From: a virus
Lineage: Duplodnaviria > Caudoviricetes
Virus record (IMG/VR): IMGVR_UViG_3300045970_000244
Location: 1-63,266 of that record
Direction: 5' to 3' (one strand)
Length of the DNA: 63,266 bases
Shown here: in pieces, positions 45,265 through 54,505 of the stretch
Numbering within the stretch: the first letter of the stretch is position 1
How the letters are laid out: each line of letters begins with the position of its first letter
The notes under the pieces: generated by a model
What the model saw: the letters and a program-made list of their open reading frames with translations, nothing else
Database searches by the model: none
Told to the model about the DNA's origin: nothing
Translations under genes and position numbers: made by a program

Positions 45265-45293
45265 TTGGTTTTTTTAAAGGGCGGGCCTAAAAT
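45265..45293 (+). promoter_or_regulatory. Divergent sigma70-like promoter (leaderless start at 45300)
   Basis: TTGGTT-17-TAAAAT, ATG 6 nt downstream. Confidence 0.5.
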
Positions 45294-45299
45294 GAACCC

Positions 45300-45491
45300 A
45301 TGACCACCAACCAAATCTCAGACATGAAAACGCAGATAGCCAAGGCGACCCGGGCGCAACTTTTGAAGGCCCGCAGCATGAACGAGATGGTCTGCCTCGA
45401 TGCTGAACAGCATGCCGATGTACGGGCGGACGCCCTGATCTGGATTTCCAACATTGACACCGCGCTAAAGACACGGAAGGAGGGAATATGA
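45300..45491 (+). CDS. Hypothetical protein
   Basis: First gene of plus-strand block; ATGA coupling. Confidence 0.6.
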   Translation: MTTNQISDMKTQIAKATRAQLLKARSMNEMVCLDAEQHADVRADALIWISNIDTALKTRKEGI

Positions 45492-45802
45492 AAACGAAAA
45501 CTGATAAGCGCCAGCAGTTTCTGGACTGGGTGAATCGCACATTCAGGCCCGAGAGCGCGAAGCACCCGGTCGCTTTTAAGACCGCTGACGGCCGGTACGT
45601 CGTCACGTCGGAGTGTTCCGCCATTTACCCGAAGGATGAGCAGGACGAAGTGGTTTCGATCTCGCTCCCGGTGGTCGACTATTATGGTGAGTACCGAGGC
45701 GGCTACGCTTGGATTCATCCCAAAATTATTCGGAAGGCCCAAGAGATGCGGCTCCACATTGAGTGGGAGAACGCCGCCTGCATTAACATCTACGAGGAGT
45801 AA
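45488..45802 (+). CDS. Hypothetical protein
   Basis: GGAGG RBS. Confidence 0.7.
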   Translation: MKTKTDKRQQFLDWVNRTFRPESAKHPVAFKTADGRYVVTSECSAIYPKDEQDEVVSISLPVVDYYGEYRGGYAWIHPKIIRKAQEMRLHIEWENAACINIYEE

Positions 45803-45806
45803 AACC

Positions 45807-46523
45807 ATGAGAACCACTATGTTGACCGTTTTTCTGATGTTCCTCAGTGCCCCGGCCATCGCCGGGATGTACCACGAGGCCGACGTCATGGAGGCTCTGA
45901 CCAAGGGCCGGATGTGCGACAGCAGTGTGGTCGGGGACCGCCTCATCAACTTCGACGAGGACGTAACCGAGGACATGCTGTTTGAGGCCGTCACCCGCGA
46001 GTGCAGCAAAGAGCTGATCGAGAAGTTCATGCTCAGGATGAACCGGGGTCAGTTCCTCAAGGTGCAGAAGATGTTCGCGGACGCCATCAAGGTGCCGGAC
46101 TTCCGGTGGAACGATGACCGTGGCAACCACTTTGCGTACGCGGCGGGCGTGTTGTTTGCACAGGCCGAACTCGGGTGCACGAAAAAACAGGTGACAGAAT
46201 ACTGCCCGTTCCGCGACAACCTCCAGAAGACCTTCGACGAGCTTGAGGCCAAGGGTAAGGCAGAGGCCGCAGCCCGCCCCAAGAACAAGATTCCCGACGA
46301 CTGGTGCCAGATGCTCAATCAGCGCGACCGGGCCCAGCGGGAGATCGCCAAGCAAAAGGAGATCGCCAAGATCAGCGGTGCCTTCGACAAGTCTGAGGCC
46401 TACCGCTGGGGTCAGGAGCTTTACAACGTGAATCAAGAGCTTGCCCCACGCGAAGCCATCTACAAGAAGAATACCGGCGGCAAGAAACTGAACCTTGACC
46501 TCTGTCCCGCAACGATTCGCTAA
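45807..46523 (+). CDS. Secreted/periplasmic Cys-containing protein
   Basis: GAGGAG RBS; signal peptide MRTTMLTVFLMFLSAPAIA|G; six Cys in the mature part. Confidence 0.75.
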   Translation: MRTTMLTVFLMFLSAPAIAGMYHEADVMEALTKGRMCDSSVVGDRLINFDEDVTEDMLFEAVTRECSKELIEKFMLRMNRGQFLKVQKMFADAIKVPDFRWNDDRGNHFAYAAGVLFAQAELGCTKKQVTEYCPFRDNLQKTFDELEAKGKAEAAARPKNKIPDDWCQMLNQRDRAQREIAKQKEIAKISGAFDKSEAYRWGQELYNVNQELAPREAIYKKNTGGKKLNLDLCPATIR

Positions 46524-46554
46524 CCAAACCCGATAACCCATAAGGAGTACACGT

Positions 46555-46986
46555 ATGGAAAAATCGAAACTCGGAAACAAGAAGCCCCAAGTCAAACCGC
46601 CCGTCTTCGGTGATCGCGACAGGAAGGTCACCATGCGCAACGCCGTTGCCGACGCCATCAACAAGCTCGTCGGGCAGCTCAAGCAGAAGGAGATTGAGAT
46701 CGCGCCGATGAAGCGCCGCCTCGCCTTCCTGCGCACGGAGCTGGCACGCCTCAACCGGGCCCCGGGAAGCAACAAGCCCGGCCCCGCGCCCAAAAAACCC
46801 GGCCCGAAACCCACGACGAAGAAGGTCGCCAAGAAGGCCGGCCCCAAGAAGGGCACCAAGCCCAGCCCGAAAGCGATGGCCGCGCTGAAGCTGTACTGGG
46901 AGAAAAAACGGGCCGAGAAAGCCGCAAAGGCCGTTGCGACACCGCCCGCTGCACCAGAAGCAAACAACGGAAACAAAGCAGCTTGA
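46555..46986 (+). CDS. Lys/Pro/Ala-rich histone-like DNA-binding protein
   Basis: Coiled coil then KKPGPKPTTKKVAKKAGPKK...SPKAMAALKLYWEKKR; TAAGGAG RBS. Confidence 0.7.
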   Translation: MEKSKLGNKKPQVKPPVFGDRDRKVTMRNAVADAINKLVGQLKQKEIEIAPMKRRLAFLRTELARLNRAPGSNKPGPAPKKPGPKPTTKKVAKKAGPKKGTKPSPKAMAALKLYWEKKRAEKAAKAVATPPAAPEANNGNKAA

Positions 46987-47214
46987 TTTTTGCTGGTCAC
47001 GGTGGCTGGACGAACACGGTCACCGTGATTTCCTTTTGAACCACTCGGAACAAAAGGCCCTTTATTTTTCCAAAGATTTTCCTTTTATTTTGCTAAAGAA
47101 TGAGCTAAAACTAAGGGCACAAGTGCAACTTCTGCACGAGAACGGTTGGCGAAGCTCCGGCCCATGACTGTCGCTAAAACCGGTAACGCAAATGGGCCAA
47201 CAGGAGCAATCCAC

Positions 47215-48303
47215 ATGAAGCAAGGTAAGAGCTTGATTGAGCTCGCACAAGCCCTCGAAGACATCAAAACCAACGCCAAGGACTTCTTGGTGCCCACCGC
47301 CCGCCTTAAAATGACCGAAGACAACCAGATCGAGTTCGCCAACGGCAAGACCAGCACGCTGTCGCCGAATGCGTACTCGCACGGGCAGATCGCCACGTAC
47401 AGCGGCGTGCCCAAGGCGTACTACGACAAGCTGATGAGCGAGAACCCGAAGCTGCTCACCAAGAACGTGAACCACGGGTTCGAGAAACAGGCCTCGACCA
47501 TCGGCAAGAACGGCAAGCCCGAAACCCGGCTGATTCGCGCCTATGGCGACAATGTTCGCGCGTTGTTGTCGTCGTCGTATCGCCGGCTGGACAGTTACGA
47601 CTGCTGCCAAGCGGTGCTCCCGGTGTTGCACGATGGCAAGTTCGAGGTCGTCAGCTCGGACATCACCGAAACACGGATGTACCTCAAGGCACTGACGCCA
47701 AAACTCACCGCTGAGATCAAGAAGGGCGACATGGTTCAGTACGGGCTCGTCATCAGCAACTCAGACGTCGGGGCAGGTTCGCTTCGCGTGGAGCCGCTGA
47801 TTTACCGACTGATCTGCACCAACGGCATGATCTCCAACACGGCGATCAAGAAGTTCCACGTTGGGCGCAACATGGCGGCCGGCGATGATGTGCTTGAACT
47901 CCTCAGCGACAAGACGATGGCCCTCACGGACAAAGCGTTCTGGGCGCAGATTCAGGACATCGTGCTCGCCTCAATGAAGCCCGAATTGTTCGAGTTCGAG
48001 GTGAACCGGCTCCGCGAGGCCGCCGATCAGCGCATCAAGAATGCCGACATCCCTGAAGTGGTCGAGCTGACCATGAAGGCCGTGAACGTGGACGGCGAAG
48101 GCACGAAAAACAACATCATCCAGTACCTTGCGAATGGTGCGGACGGTGCGGGCCTGACCAAGTGGGGTCTGGTAAACGGCATAACCTATGCCGCCCAAGA
48201 CGAGAAGATTGGCTACGACAAGAGCATCGAGCTGGAACGGGCCGCCTCCAAGATTTTGGAGTTGAACCCGAACCAGTGGCGCCGCATCGCTGAAGTGGCA
48301 TAA
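47215..48303 (+). CDS. DUF932-family protein
   Basis: RALLS.SYR.LD, G.VISNSDVGAGSL.V.P.IYRL.CTNGMI, T.WGL.N.IT..AQ; AGGAG RBS. Confidence 0.85.
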   Translation: MKQGKSLIELAQALEDIKTNAKDFLVPTARLKMTEDNQIEFANGKTSTLSPNAYSHGQIATYSGVPKAYYDKLMSENPKLLTKNVNHGFEKQASTIGKNGKPETRLIRAYGDNVRALLSSSYRRLDSYDCCQAVLPVLHDGKFEVVSSDITETRMYLKALTPKLTAEIKKGDMVQYGLVISNSDVGAGSLRVEPLIYRLICTNGMISNTAIKKFHVGRNMAAGDDVLELLSDKTMALTDKAFWAQIQDIVLASMKPELFEFEVNRLREAADQRIKNADIPEVVELTMKAVNVDGEGTKNNIIQYLANGADGAGLTKWGLVNGITYAAQDEKIGYDKSIELERAASKILELNPNQWRRIAEVA

Positions 48304-48314
48304 GTGAAACTCAG

Positions 48315-48350
48315 GGGCCTCGGGCGCAAAGCCCGGGGCCTCACCCTTTC
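48315..48350 (+). terminator. Putative intrinsic terminator
   Basis: GGCCTCGGGC-GCAAA-GCCCGGGGCC hairpin right after stop; weak U tail. Confidence 0.5.
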
Positions 48351-48363
48351 TACGGAGGTCAGT

Positions 48364-48672
48364 ATGACTCTGAAAAAACCAAGGTACACACCTTCCCCGT
48401 GGCGCGTTAACTGCATTGACGGAAGATGGCCGGGAGGCGAACCGCTTGTCCGATATGAGATCGTGGACGCTGTTCAATCTGAGTGGCACTGGAATGAGCG
48501 ACTCATCACGGCTGCACCACTTATGCACAAAGCACTCGATAGCTCGAAGCGAACTCTTGAGACAGTCCTCCCGGTGCTTCAGTTCACCAGTTCTGGCGCG
48601 TACGCAACGATCAAGGAACTTATTGAGGCCATCGAAGCAGCCTTGAAAGAGGCAGAAGGGCGGACAAAATGA
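48364..48672 (+). CDS. Hypothetical phage protein (TP.PW...RLI.AAP family)
   Basis: GGAGG RBS; YTPSPW...NERLITAAP. Confidence 0.7.
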   Translation: MTLKKPRYTPSPWRVNCIDGRWPGGEPLVRYEIVDAVQSEWHWNERLITAAPLMHKALDSSKRTLETVLPVLQFTSSGAYATIKELIEAIEAALKEAEGRTK

Positions 48673-48866
48673 ATCCGAGCGAGGTCAAGGTTCTTTGCCC
48701 GAAGTGCTCACGCTTAGTTCCGATGCGCGGATATAACCCAGAGAAGCACCTCTGCTCCGTCTGCCTGCTGCCCGAGGCCCCGCCAGAGGTCTACTCCGAG
48801 CTGGACAAGATTGTACGGGAGGAACTCAGCCGGAGTCTCTTAAAGCCAAAGCGGAGGCGAAAATGA
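48669..48866 (+). CDS. Small zinc-finger protein
   Basis: CPKC...CSVC. Confidence 0.6.
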   Translation: MNPSEVKVLCPKCSRLVPMRGYNPEKHLCSVCLLPEAPPEVYSELDKIVREELSRSLLKPKRRRK

Positions 48867-49252
48867 GTTACATCGATATCCAAAAGATGTTGGTCCGCGT
48901 TCATCGAGTGGTTTTGGTTCCCGAGGGATGCAATTGGCGACGAATGCACGCGCACCCGGACGGGACTCGGAGGGTCTGTAAGTGGCACTACCGGGAGAGT
49001 TACAAGGCCCTGTTCGACCTCCTTCATGAGATCGGCCACCTTGAGACGATGACCAAAAGCATGGGCCGCACGATCAGCGAGATCAAGGCAACGGAGTGGG
49101 CCGTAGACCGACTTCGCTCTCTCGGGATTACAGTGAAGCGGCGGTACGTTCATGACTACAAGAAGTACATCACGATGACTCACGACCGCGCCAAGCGCCG
49201 GGGTCTGAAGGCAAAGATCTCCAGCACACTGATTTTGAGGGAGGAAAAATGA
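48863..49252 (+). CDS. HExxH metallopeptidase-like protein
   Basis: LLHEIGH...EIKA..WA (ImmA/IrrE-like spacing). Confidence 0.65.
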   Translation: MSYIDIQKMLVRVHRVVLVPEGCNWRRMHAHPDGTRRVCKWHYRESYKALFDLLHEIGHLETMTKSMGRTISEIKATEWAVDRLRSLGITVKRRYVHDYKKYITMTHDRAKRRGLKAKISSTLILREEK

Positions 49253-50157
49253 AACGCCTACACTTCGAGCAGGTTCTGGAGCAATTCCCAAAGTTCGGAA
49301 GATTCGAGATGAACCTGAAAGCCAAGGAGAGCGCCAAGTACCCGCTTTCGGTGTTGGCGAGCATTCAGGAGAGGGTGGAGCAGAATTACCCGGACGGGAT
49401 TCCGAGCGGTGACTTCGGAACGGTGATGACGCCACGGTTTTCGTCTTACTGGATTTACTTCCAGATCACCGGGCGACCCATCTACAAGATGGCCCGGGAG
49501 TTCTCGCACGAACTTTCCAAGGTGAAGCTCGACGTCGCCACGGGGAACATCCCTTACGGGCTGCCAATGTTTTGCGTTGAATTCCCAGAGGACATGCGCT
49601 TCGACTTGGGCGATGAGAAGTTTGCCCATTGCGTTTACATCTTCACCACGGAGGAGCGAGGAACCACCGACGATGGGACGTTGGCCAAGCGGTACATCCA
49701 ATTTACCATCCCGCTGTACGACAAGGACGGCAACCTGACCCTTGAGATACAGGAGTTCGGTGTTCCGGTGACTGATCTCGCTCAGACGTTTGAGCAGGCC
49801 GCCGAGAGGGCTCACGGACACAGCACCATCAACCACATGAATCGCGACTTCGTAAACTTCTGCCTGAATTGCTTGCTTTATATCTGCTCTGGCGACCCAG
49901 ACCTGCGCGACAATCGCGCGCAAAAACCGCCGCAGACTCGCAAAGCCAAGCAGCTCCGCAAGTGGCACCGCGAGCACAACACCCTCGACGTCATGCTGGT
50001 GGGCTACAACTTCAAGAAACCCATAACCTACAACGTCGGCTCGACAACGGTTTCGGGTCACTTCCGATGGCAGCCCTACGGCACTGGGCGGCAGCAAGTG
50101 AAGCTGATCTGGATTGACGCCCACGAACGACACTTCAAACAGGAGCAGAGCGCATGA
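49249..50157 (+). CDS. Hypothetical protein with C-terminal GH(F/W)R.Q..G...IWI..H motif
   Basis: GGAGG RBS; VSGHFRWQPYGTGRQQVKLIWIDAH. Confidence 0.75.
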   Translation: MKRLHFEQVLEQFPKFGRFEMNLKAKESAKYPLSVLASIQERVEQNYPDGIPSGDFGTVMTPRFSSYWIYFQITGRPIYKMAREFSHELSKVKLDVATGNIPYGLPMFCVEFPEDMRFDLGDEKFAHCVYIFTTEERGTTDDGTLAKRYIQFTIPLYDKDGNLTLEIQEFGVPVTDLAQTFEQAAERAHGHSTINHMNRDFVNFCLNCLLYICSGDPDLRDNRAQKPPQTRKAKQLRKWHREHNTLDVMLVGYNFKKPITYNVGSTTVSGHFRWQPYGTGRQQVKLIWIDAHERHFKQEQSA

Positions 50158-50477
50158 GCGATATAGTGGTAAGACCAATGACCGATGAAGACCTCGAACG
50201 AATGATGATTCAGGAGCAACTTGATCGAAGTGAGCACGAGCTGACGGAGGATGACCTAGCGCCGCTGCATCGGTACGTCCAGAACCGGATCGAGCCGGGC
50301 GACTTTCTGATGGCCGTACTCTGCAACGACTTGAAGGAGGCCTGTGGCCGGGCCGACAGTAGGAACCGTAGACGGATTTTTGAGTACGTCAGTTGGCTTT
50401 GGAACGAGGCGCCGAGCACTTGTTGGGGATCGCCTGCGAAGGTGGCAGCGTGGCTCTCACGAGGAGATGCCGCATGA
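50154..50477 (+). CDS. Hypothetical phage protein
   Basis: RY....I.PGDFL.AVL.NDL..A..RAD...P..CWGS..KV..W. Confidence 0.75.
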   Translation: MSDIVVRPMTDEDLERMMIQEQLDRSEHELTEDDLAPLHRYVQNRIEPGDFLMAVLCNDLKEACGRADSRNRRRIFEYVSWLWNEAPSTCWGSPAKVAAWLSRGDAA

Positions 50478-50752
50478 CACGCTGGAAACTCGTCATCGAC
50501 AACACAACGCCGGTGCACCAGTTCGTCATTCGCGAGGTGACAGACCCTCCGTACATCGGGATTGAGATTGCGCGCGTCAACCCGGGGAACATCGTCTACC
50601 GCGAGAAGCATGGCAAGCTGATCGCCGCCGCGCCGGCCATGTTCGATCTTCTCCAGAGGCTGACGCATTACTTTGATGGCTTAGAGGGCCCGTACAGCGA
50701 CATGAAGCGGGACATCGTTGATGTTCTACATCTCGTCGAGGAGGAAGCATGA
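50474..50752 (+). CDS. Hypothetical protein
   Basis: GAGGAG RBS; LIAAAP motif. Confidence 0.65.
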   Translation: MTRWKLVIDNTTPVHQFVIREVTDPPYIGIEIARVNPGNIVYREKHGKLIAAAPAMFDLLQRLTHYFDGLEGPYSDMKRDIVDVLHLVEEEA

Positions 50753-51069
50753 GAAGAGTGCGCCCGCTGACGCTCTACGAGTTCAACATCATCACGCGCG
50801 ATTTTGAAAGGCACGTTTGCGCGGCCGAGTGCGCTCCCCAGTACGTCAACGACGACAGCTTCGGCACCCGTTGGCGTTGCCGCTCCGACGATCACGATTG
50901 CTACGGCTACGACAAAAGAAAGAGCGCCAAACTGCGTGGCGTCTGTGACTTGGAGCGAGAGATTCACGAGTTGCAGAAATTGCTTATAACCATGAGAGGG
51001 CCGGACACGGCCGAGGAGAAAGAATGCGAAACATCGAACTCAGCGCAGCCGAACTCAACATCCTGCTGA
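50749..51069 (+). CDS. Hypothetical Cys-rich protein
   Basis: GAGGAGG RBS; ATGA coupling. Confidence 0.6.
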   Translation: MRRVRPLTLYEFNIITRDFERHVCAAECAPQYVNDDSFGTRWRCRSDDHDCYGYDKRKSAKLRGVCDLEREIHELQKLLITMRGPDTAEEKECETSNSAQPNSTSC

Positions 51070-51251
51070 ACGCCTTGGACGAACTCCACGGCACACAGCG
51101 GAGGATGGCCACAACCGTTGGCCTTGTTGATCCCGAGCAGGTACGGCGAGGGATGGAGATGGTGATGGTCTTGCGCGCCAAGCTCGGCGTTTTGGCGTTG
51201 ATCGAAACAGCTCAAAAGCCGCCAGAGGAGGGCCAACATGAACGGACTTAA
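51024..51251 (+). CDS. Hypothetical protein
   Basis: GAGGAG RBS. Confidence 0.6.
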   Translation: MRNIELSAAELNILLNALDELHGTQRRMATTVGLVDPEQVRRGMEMVMVLRAKLGVLALIETAQKPPEEGQHERT

Positions 51252-51567
51252 AGAGTTCCTAGACGTAAAGCTCTTGTCAGCCAAGTTGAAGGCCGCGTGG
51301 CAGGCAAAGTACGGCATCGAGGTCATCGAAGTAGATCAGTGGACTTCAACGGGCGACATCGAACAGCAGATCTTCAGCGTTGTTTCAATTTTCCCTGCGG
51401 CAATCCACGGCGGAGACAGCGAGGCCGCCCGTGAGCTAGGCATCGACATGTTCAAGATGAAACGGGTAAGGGCAGAGGATTCGCCACCCATGGCTCGCGT
51501 GTGGTACGTAGAAGGTGACGACGGATATTGTAAATTTTGGAAGGCCACACATGACAGTTCAGACTAA
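51238..51567 (+). CDS. Hypothetical protein
   Basis: GGAGG RBS; ends W....DSSD. Confidence 0.65.
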   Translation: MNGLKEFLDVKLLSAKLKAAWQAKYGIEVIEVDQWTSTGDIEQQIFSVVSIFPAAIHGGDSEAARELGIDMFKMKRVRAEDSPPMARVWYVEGDDGYCKFWKATHDSSD

Positions 51568-51727
51568 GAAGAAAGCGAAACCCACGAAGAAGGCCGAGCC
51601 CAAAGCCGCCCCGGTCGTCGGCGAGAAGGCCCTCGACAAGCGAATCAACACGCTGATGAACGACCCAGACCTCAAGGATAGTGACTTTGTTCTCTGGCTC
51701 AAGAGCCGAAGCGCCAAGAAAGGCTAA
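51551..51727 (+). CDS. Small basic protein
   Basis: MTVQTKKKAKP... Confidence 0.5.
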   Translation: MTVQTKKKAKPTKKAEPKAAPVVGEKALDKRINTLMNDPDLKDSDFVLWLKSRSAKKG

Positions 51728-51805
51728 AGTCCTTTATTTTTCTCTTGGCGCCGCACAGGGTTTTCCTGTATGTGTCTGTCTATGGACACGAAAGGAAAAA
51801 CCAAA

Positions 51806-52015
51806 ATGCAAGTTCAGACTACGAAACCCGACCTCACTCCGCCGATGGCGGTTCTCAACCCCAAGCGCACCTTCACCACGGACATCGACGCGGCGCTCCT
51901 TGACCGCGTTACAAAAAAACGCAAGGCCCGCCGGATCAAGATGTGCCAGATCGTCGAGTGGGGCCTCCGCATGTGGGAAGCCGAGATCGAAAAACAAGAA
52001 GGCAAAAAACGCTAA
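51806..52015 (+). CDS. Ribbon-helix-helix transcription regulator
   Basis: KRTFTTDID..LLDRV......R.IKM..IVE.GLR.W pattern. Confidence 0.65.
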   Translation: MQVQTTKPDLTPPMAVLNPKRTFTTDIDAALLDRVTKKRKARRIKMCQIVEWGLRMWEAEIEKQEGKKR

Positions 52016-52557
52016 TGGCTGGTGATGGACCTGCCGCCGGGCGCGAAGCGGGCCTCTTCTTTGAGGAGGTCTTCGAGCGTCAGGCGCACTCCAATGGTCT
52101 ACTGGTTCTCAAGAACCCGCCCGGGGCGCAATACTGCGGCAAGGGGCGGCTCCGAGTTATCTTCAACAATCTTGACTACTTCCTCGGAACGCAGGCCGGC
52201 CGCGTAGCCTTCGTTGACTGTAAATCGTATGAAAAACACTACTTTACCTACTCAGAGATCAACATCCGGCCAAAGCAGCTCGAACGCGCCGTTCTCCTGA
52301 ACGAGCACCAGATCCCGGCCGGGTTTGTCGTTTACTTTCGCAAGACGGGCGAGATCGTCTACTTCACAGGCTCCCAGATTGCTTTAAAGGGCCCTAAGAC
52401 GCGCTTTACGGCGGATGAGGGGCTTCGGCTGGGTCGGCTTGAACAGTTTGATCTCCGGGCTGTTCTGAGCGAATTTCACCCTATCGGGAAGGCCCGTACA
52501 CAGGCCGCCATCGCGTTCGGCAGACTGGACACTGTTCGTTCTCGACCTGAACGCTGA
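52015..52557 (+). CDS. RecU-like Holliday junction resolvase
   Basis: G..FEE...LDY......AFVDCKS...QL...AGFVVYF; TAATG overlap. Confidence 0.7.
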   Translation: MAGDGPAAGREAGLFFEEVFERQAHSNGLLVLKNPPGAQYCGKGRLRVIFNNLDYFLGTQAGRVAFVDCKSYEKHYFTYSEINIRPKQLERAVLLNEHQIPAGFVVYFRKTGEIVYFTGSQIALKGPKTRFTADEGLRLGRLEQFDLRAVLSEFHPIGKARTQAAIAFGRLDTVRSRPER

Positions 52558-52696
52558 ACCCACACCCGTAACAATAGTTGAACAGGATCGTTGGCTGAAT
52601 CCCGCGCTTGTCCGGCTTTTGGTTGGCCATGTCCCGGGCCTGCTGGTCGGTAAGGTATGGGAACTTGCGCTTCAGGGCTTTCCAGTCATCGCTCAC
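52481..52696 (-). CDS. Hypothetical zinc-ribbon protein
   Basis: CYGC...CPVC; GTGA coupling. Confidence 0.5.
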   Translation of the reverse strand: MSDDWKALKRKFPYLTDQQARDMANQKPDKRGIQPTILFNYCYGCGFSVQVENEQCPVCRTRWRPVYGPSR

Positions 52697-52920
52697 CGGC
52701 CCTCGATGTCGCGGAGTTTGTCGCTTTCCTCGTTGGCGGCAGTATTTTGGCCCTCAACGGTCTTGCGGGCGGCCTCAACCTCAGCCTGATTGGCGGAGTC
52801 TTGCGCACGCTGAAACCACGGCAGGAGTGTCCGCTTGAGGAAGTACAGCGCAATCACGCCCAGCAGCGCCCCGCCAACGTACAGGATGATCTTCCAAGTG
52901 GCCGGCAGAGCTAGTGACAC
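52693..52920 (-). CDS. Single-TM protein, possible spanin component
   Basis: N-terminal TM plus coiled coil; in lysis cluster. Confidence 0.5.
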   Translation of the reverse strand: MSLALPATWKIILYVGGALLGVIALYFLKRTLLPWFQRAQDSANQAEVEAARKTVEGQNTAANEESDKLRDIEGR

Positions 52921-53486
52921 AGCAGGTTGCTCCTTCCGGCGTCAGAGTATTCGATTTCACAGGTGGAGCCCCAAGTCGAAAACCCGCTGTCTATCGGTAA
53001 ACGCTCATAACCGGGTGCCGTGATGAAGATCTTTGCGATCCCACGGTACTTGGTGACGCGCTCTAAACCGGTGCCATCGGTCCACTTGATGGTAAGCAGC
53101 GCCATAACCTCGCCATCCTGCGCTTTGCTCCACGCCTTGGCGCCGAAGAAGTCAGCCCATTTTATGGTCACGACCGAACCGCTTGATGCGCTGTATTGTT
53201 TGTGAATGTCGCGGTAATAGACGTCTGCCTCTGCCCCGATTATGGTCTTGCCCTTTGGGGCAATGAGGTTCCAACCGGAGGTAATTGGTGAACCGGCGGT
53301 GAAGAAACAGGCGTCCATACCACGACCGGGAACCGCGCCACACGCGGTATTGAGCAGGGCGTAGTCCCCGGAATCAAAAGCGTCGGGGCTTGGATCGACC
53401 TTTGTGGGCCGACCCGAGCACCCGATGGCGAACGCCACGATGAAGAGCACGAAGGATAGGAACCCGAGCGTTCGCGGATTGATCAC
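52911..53486 (-). CDS. Lipoprotein (lysis cluster)
   Basis: Signal with lipobox AIGC. Confidence 0.7.
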   Translation of the reverse strand: MINPRTLGFLSFVLFIVAFAIGCSGRPTKVDPSPDAFDSGDYALLNTACGAVPGRGMDACFFTAGSPITSGWNLIAPKGKTIIGAEADVYYRDIHKQYSASSGSVVTIKWADFFGAKAWSKAQDGEVMALLTIKWTDGTGLERVTKYRGIAKIFITAPGYERLPIDSGFSTWGSTCEIEYSDAGRSNLLCH

Positions 53487-53487
53487 G

Positions 53488-53697
53488 TTATTTCTGCTCC
53501 ATGTCTGGCAACGCGGGCTTGCCGGGGAACAGCTTTCCGTAGCCGAACTTCAGACCATTCTGTACGGCCTGAAATACGCCATTGGCCTTGACTTGCGGGA
53601 TGTAGCTAAGGGCTTCGCTCATCAGCCACAGGCCCATGAACACGGCTGCCCCACCGGGGCCGCTCACGAACGTCCAAACATTCATCACCATTTGCAT
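53488..53697 (-). CDS. Putative holin
   Basis: Hydrophobic helix, SEAL..IP.VKANGVFQ motif; after endolysin; AAGGAG RBS. Confidence 0.65.
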   Translation of the reverse strand: MQMVMNVWTFVSGPGGAAVFMGLWLMSEALSYIPQVKANGVFQAVQNGLKFGYGKLFPGKPALPDMEQK

Positions 53698-53709
53698 GTC
53701 AGTTCTCCT

Positions 53710-54159
53710 TTACACCAGACCGTACTTGCGTAGGTTCTCGGTGTTTAAAGCGAGGTACTTCTGTGTACCGTTGACCTCGGCTCCAAGCCAAAGTGCCTTG
53801 ACCGGCGCCTGCCGCCAGTCGAGATGCAGTCCCCCAAGCTCCTTGCCTTCGAGCTTCCAGTTGGGGTAAAGGCCAATCCCACCAAATTTGAACCGCGTGG
53901 CGGCCATGTAAAGATCGAACAGTTCGGCGCGCGACTTCCCGGGGAACATGATGTCTGCGGCCTGACCGATGTAGTGCTGAGAGCCCTTGACGTGAATCCC
54001 GCCGGTGCCGCACGTCACCAATATGGCCGTGCCGATGTGCTCCCTGTAGGCGTCAAGCTCGTACAGGAACCACTTCTCCATTTTGTCGGGATTGCCCCAG
54101 TTCTCGGTCCGTCGAAAAAATTTGAGCCCCGTCCAGTCCTCTTCGGTCATTACGGGCAT
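53710..54159 (-). CDS. Endolysin, peptidase M15-like
   Basis: SQHYIGQAAD...GIGLY...LHLD zinc-ligand pattern. Confidence 0.85.
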   Translation of the reverse strand: MPVMTEEDWTGLKFFRRTENWGNPDKMEKWFLYELDAYREHIGTAILVTCGTGGIHVKGSQHYIGQAADIMFPGKSRAELFDLYMAATRFKFGGIGLYPNWKLEGKELGGLHLDWRQAPVKALWLGAEVNGTQKYLALNTENLRKYGLV

Positions 54160-54169
54160 CGGAATCCTC

Positions 54170-54505
54170 CTAGAACACGGCGGCTTCGACGGCCAGAACT
54201 CCCTTGGGTTGTGCGATGCTTCTTTTGGTGCCTTGATCGATGGTGATCTTGATGTCCTGACTGTCGCCGGGTTCCAATGCTGCTGTATCGGTCTTCGTCA
54301 GCGAGCACTCAAGTTCTCCTCGGTCGGAAGATTTTACCGTTGCGCTCTTGGTCAGGGTCGTGTTGTCTGCGTTCTTGAACGAGACAGACGCCGCCGTCAG
54401 ACCGGTCAACGGAAACACTTTGCCGGTGTTTTTGTCCAAGATGGTGATGACAAGGTTGATGTCAGAACCTTGGACGATGGTAGCCAATTTGTTCACGGGG
54501 CTCAT
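54170..54505 (-). CDS. BppU N-terminal-like virion protein
   Basis: I.QG.D..L.ITI.D...G...PLTG...G.L...LT..DTA.L. Confidence 0.6.
   Translation of the reverse strand: MSPVNKLATIVQGSDINLVITILDKNTGKVFPLTGLTAASVSFKNADNTTLTKSATVKSSDRGELECSLTKTDTAALEPGDSQDIKITIDQGTKRSIAQPKGVLAVEAAVF

Noticed and set aside
45783-47000. 405-aa minus-strand ORF
   Set aside because: Antisense shadow of two plus-strand genes with strong RBSs; no motifs.
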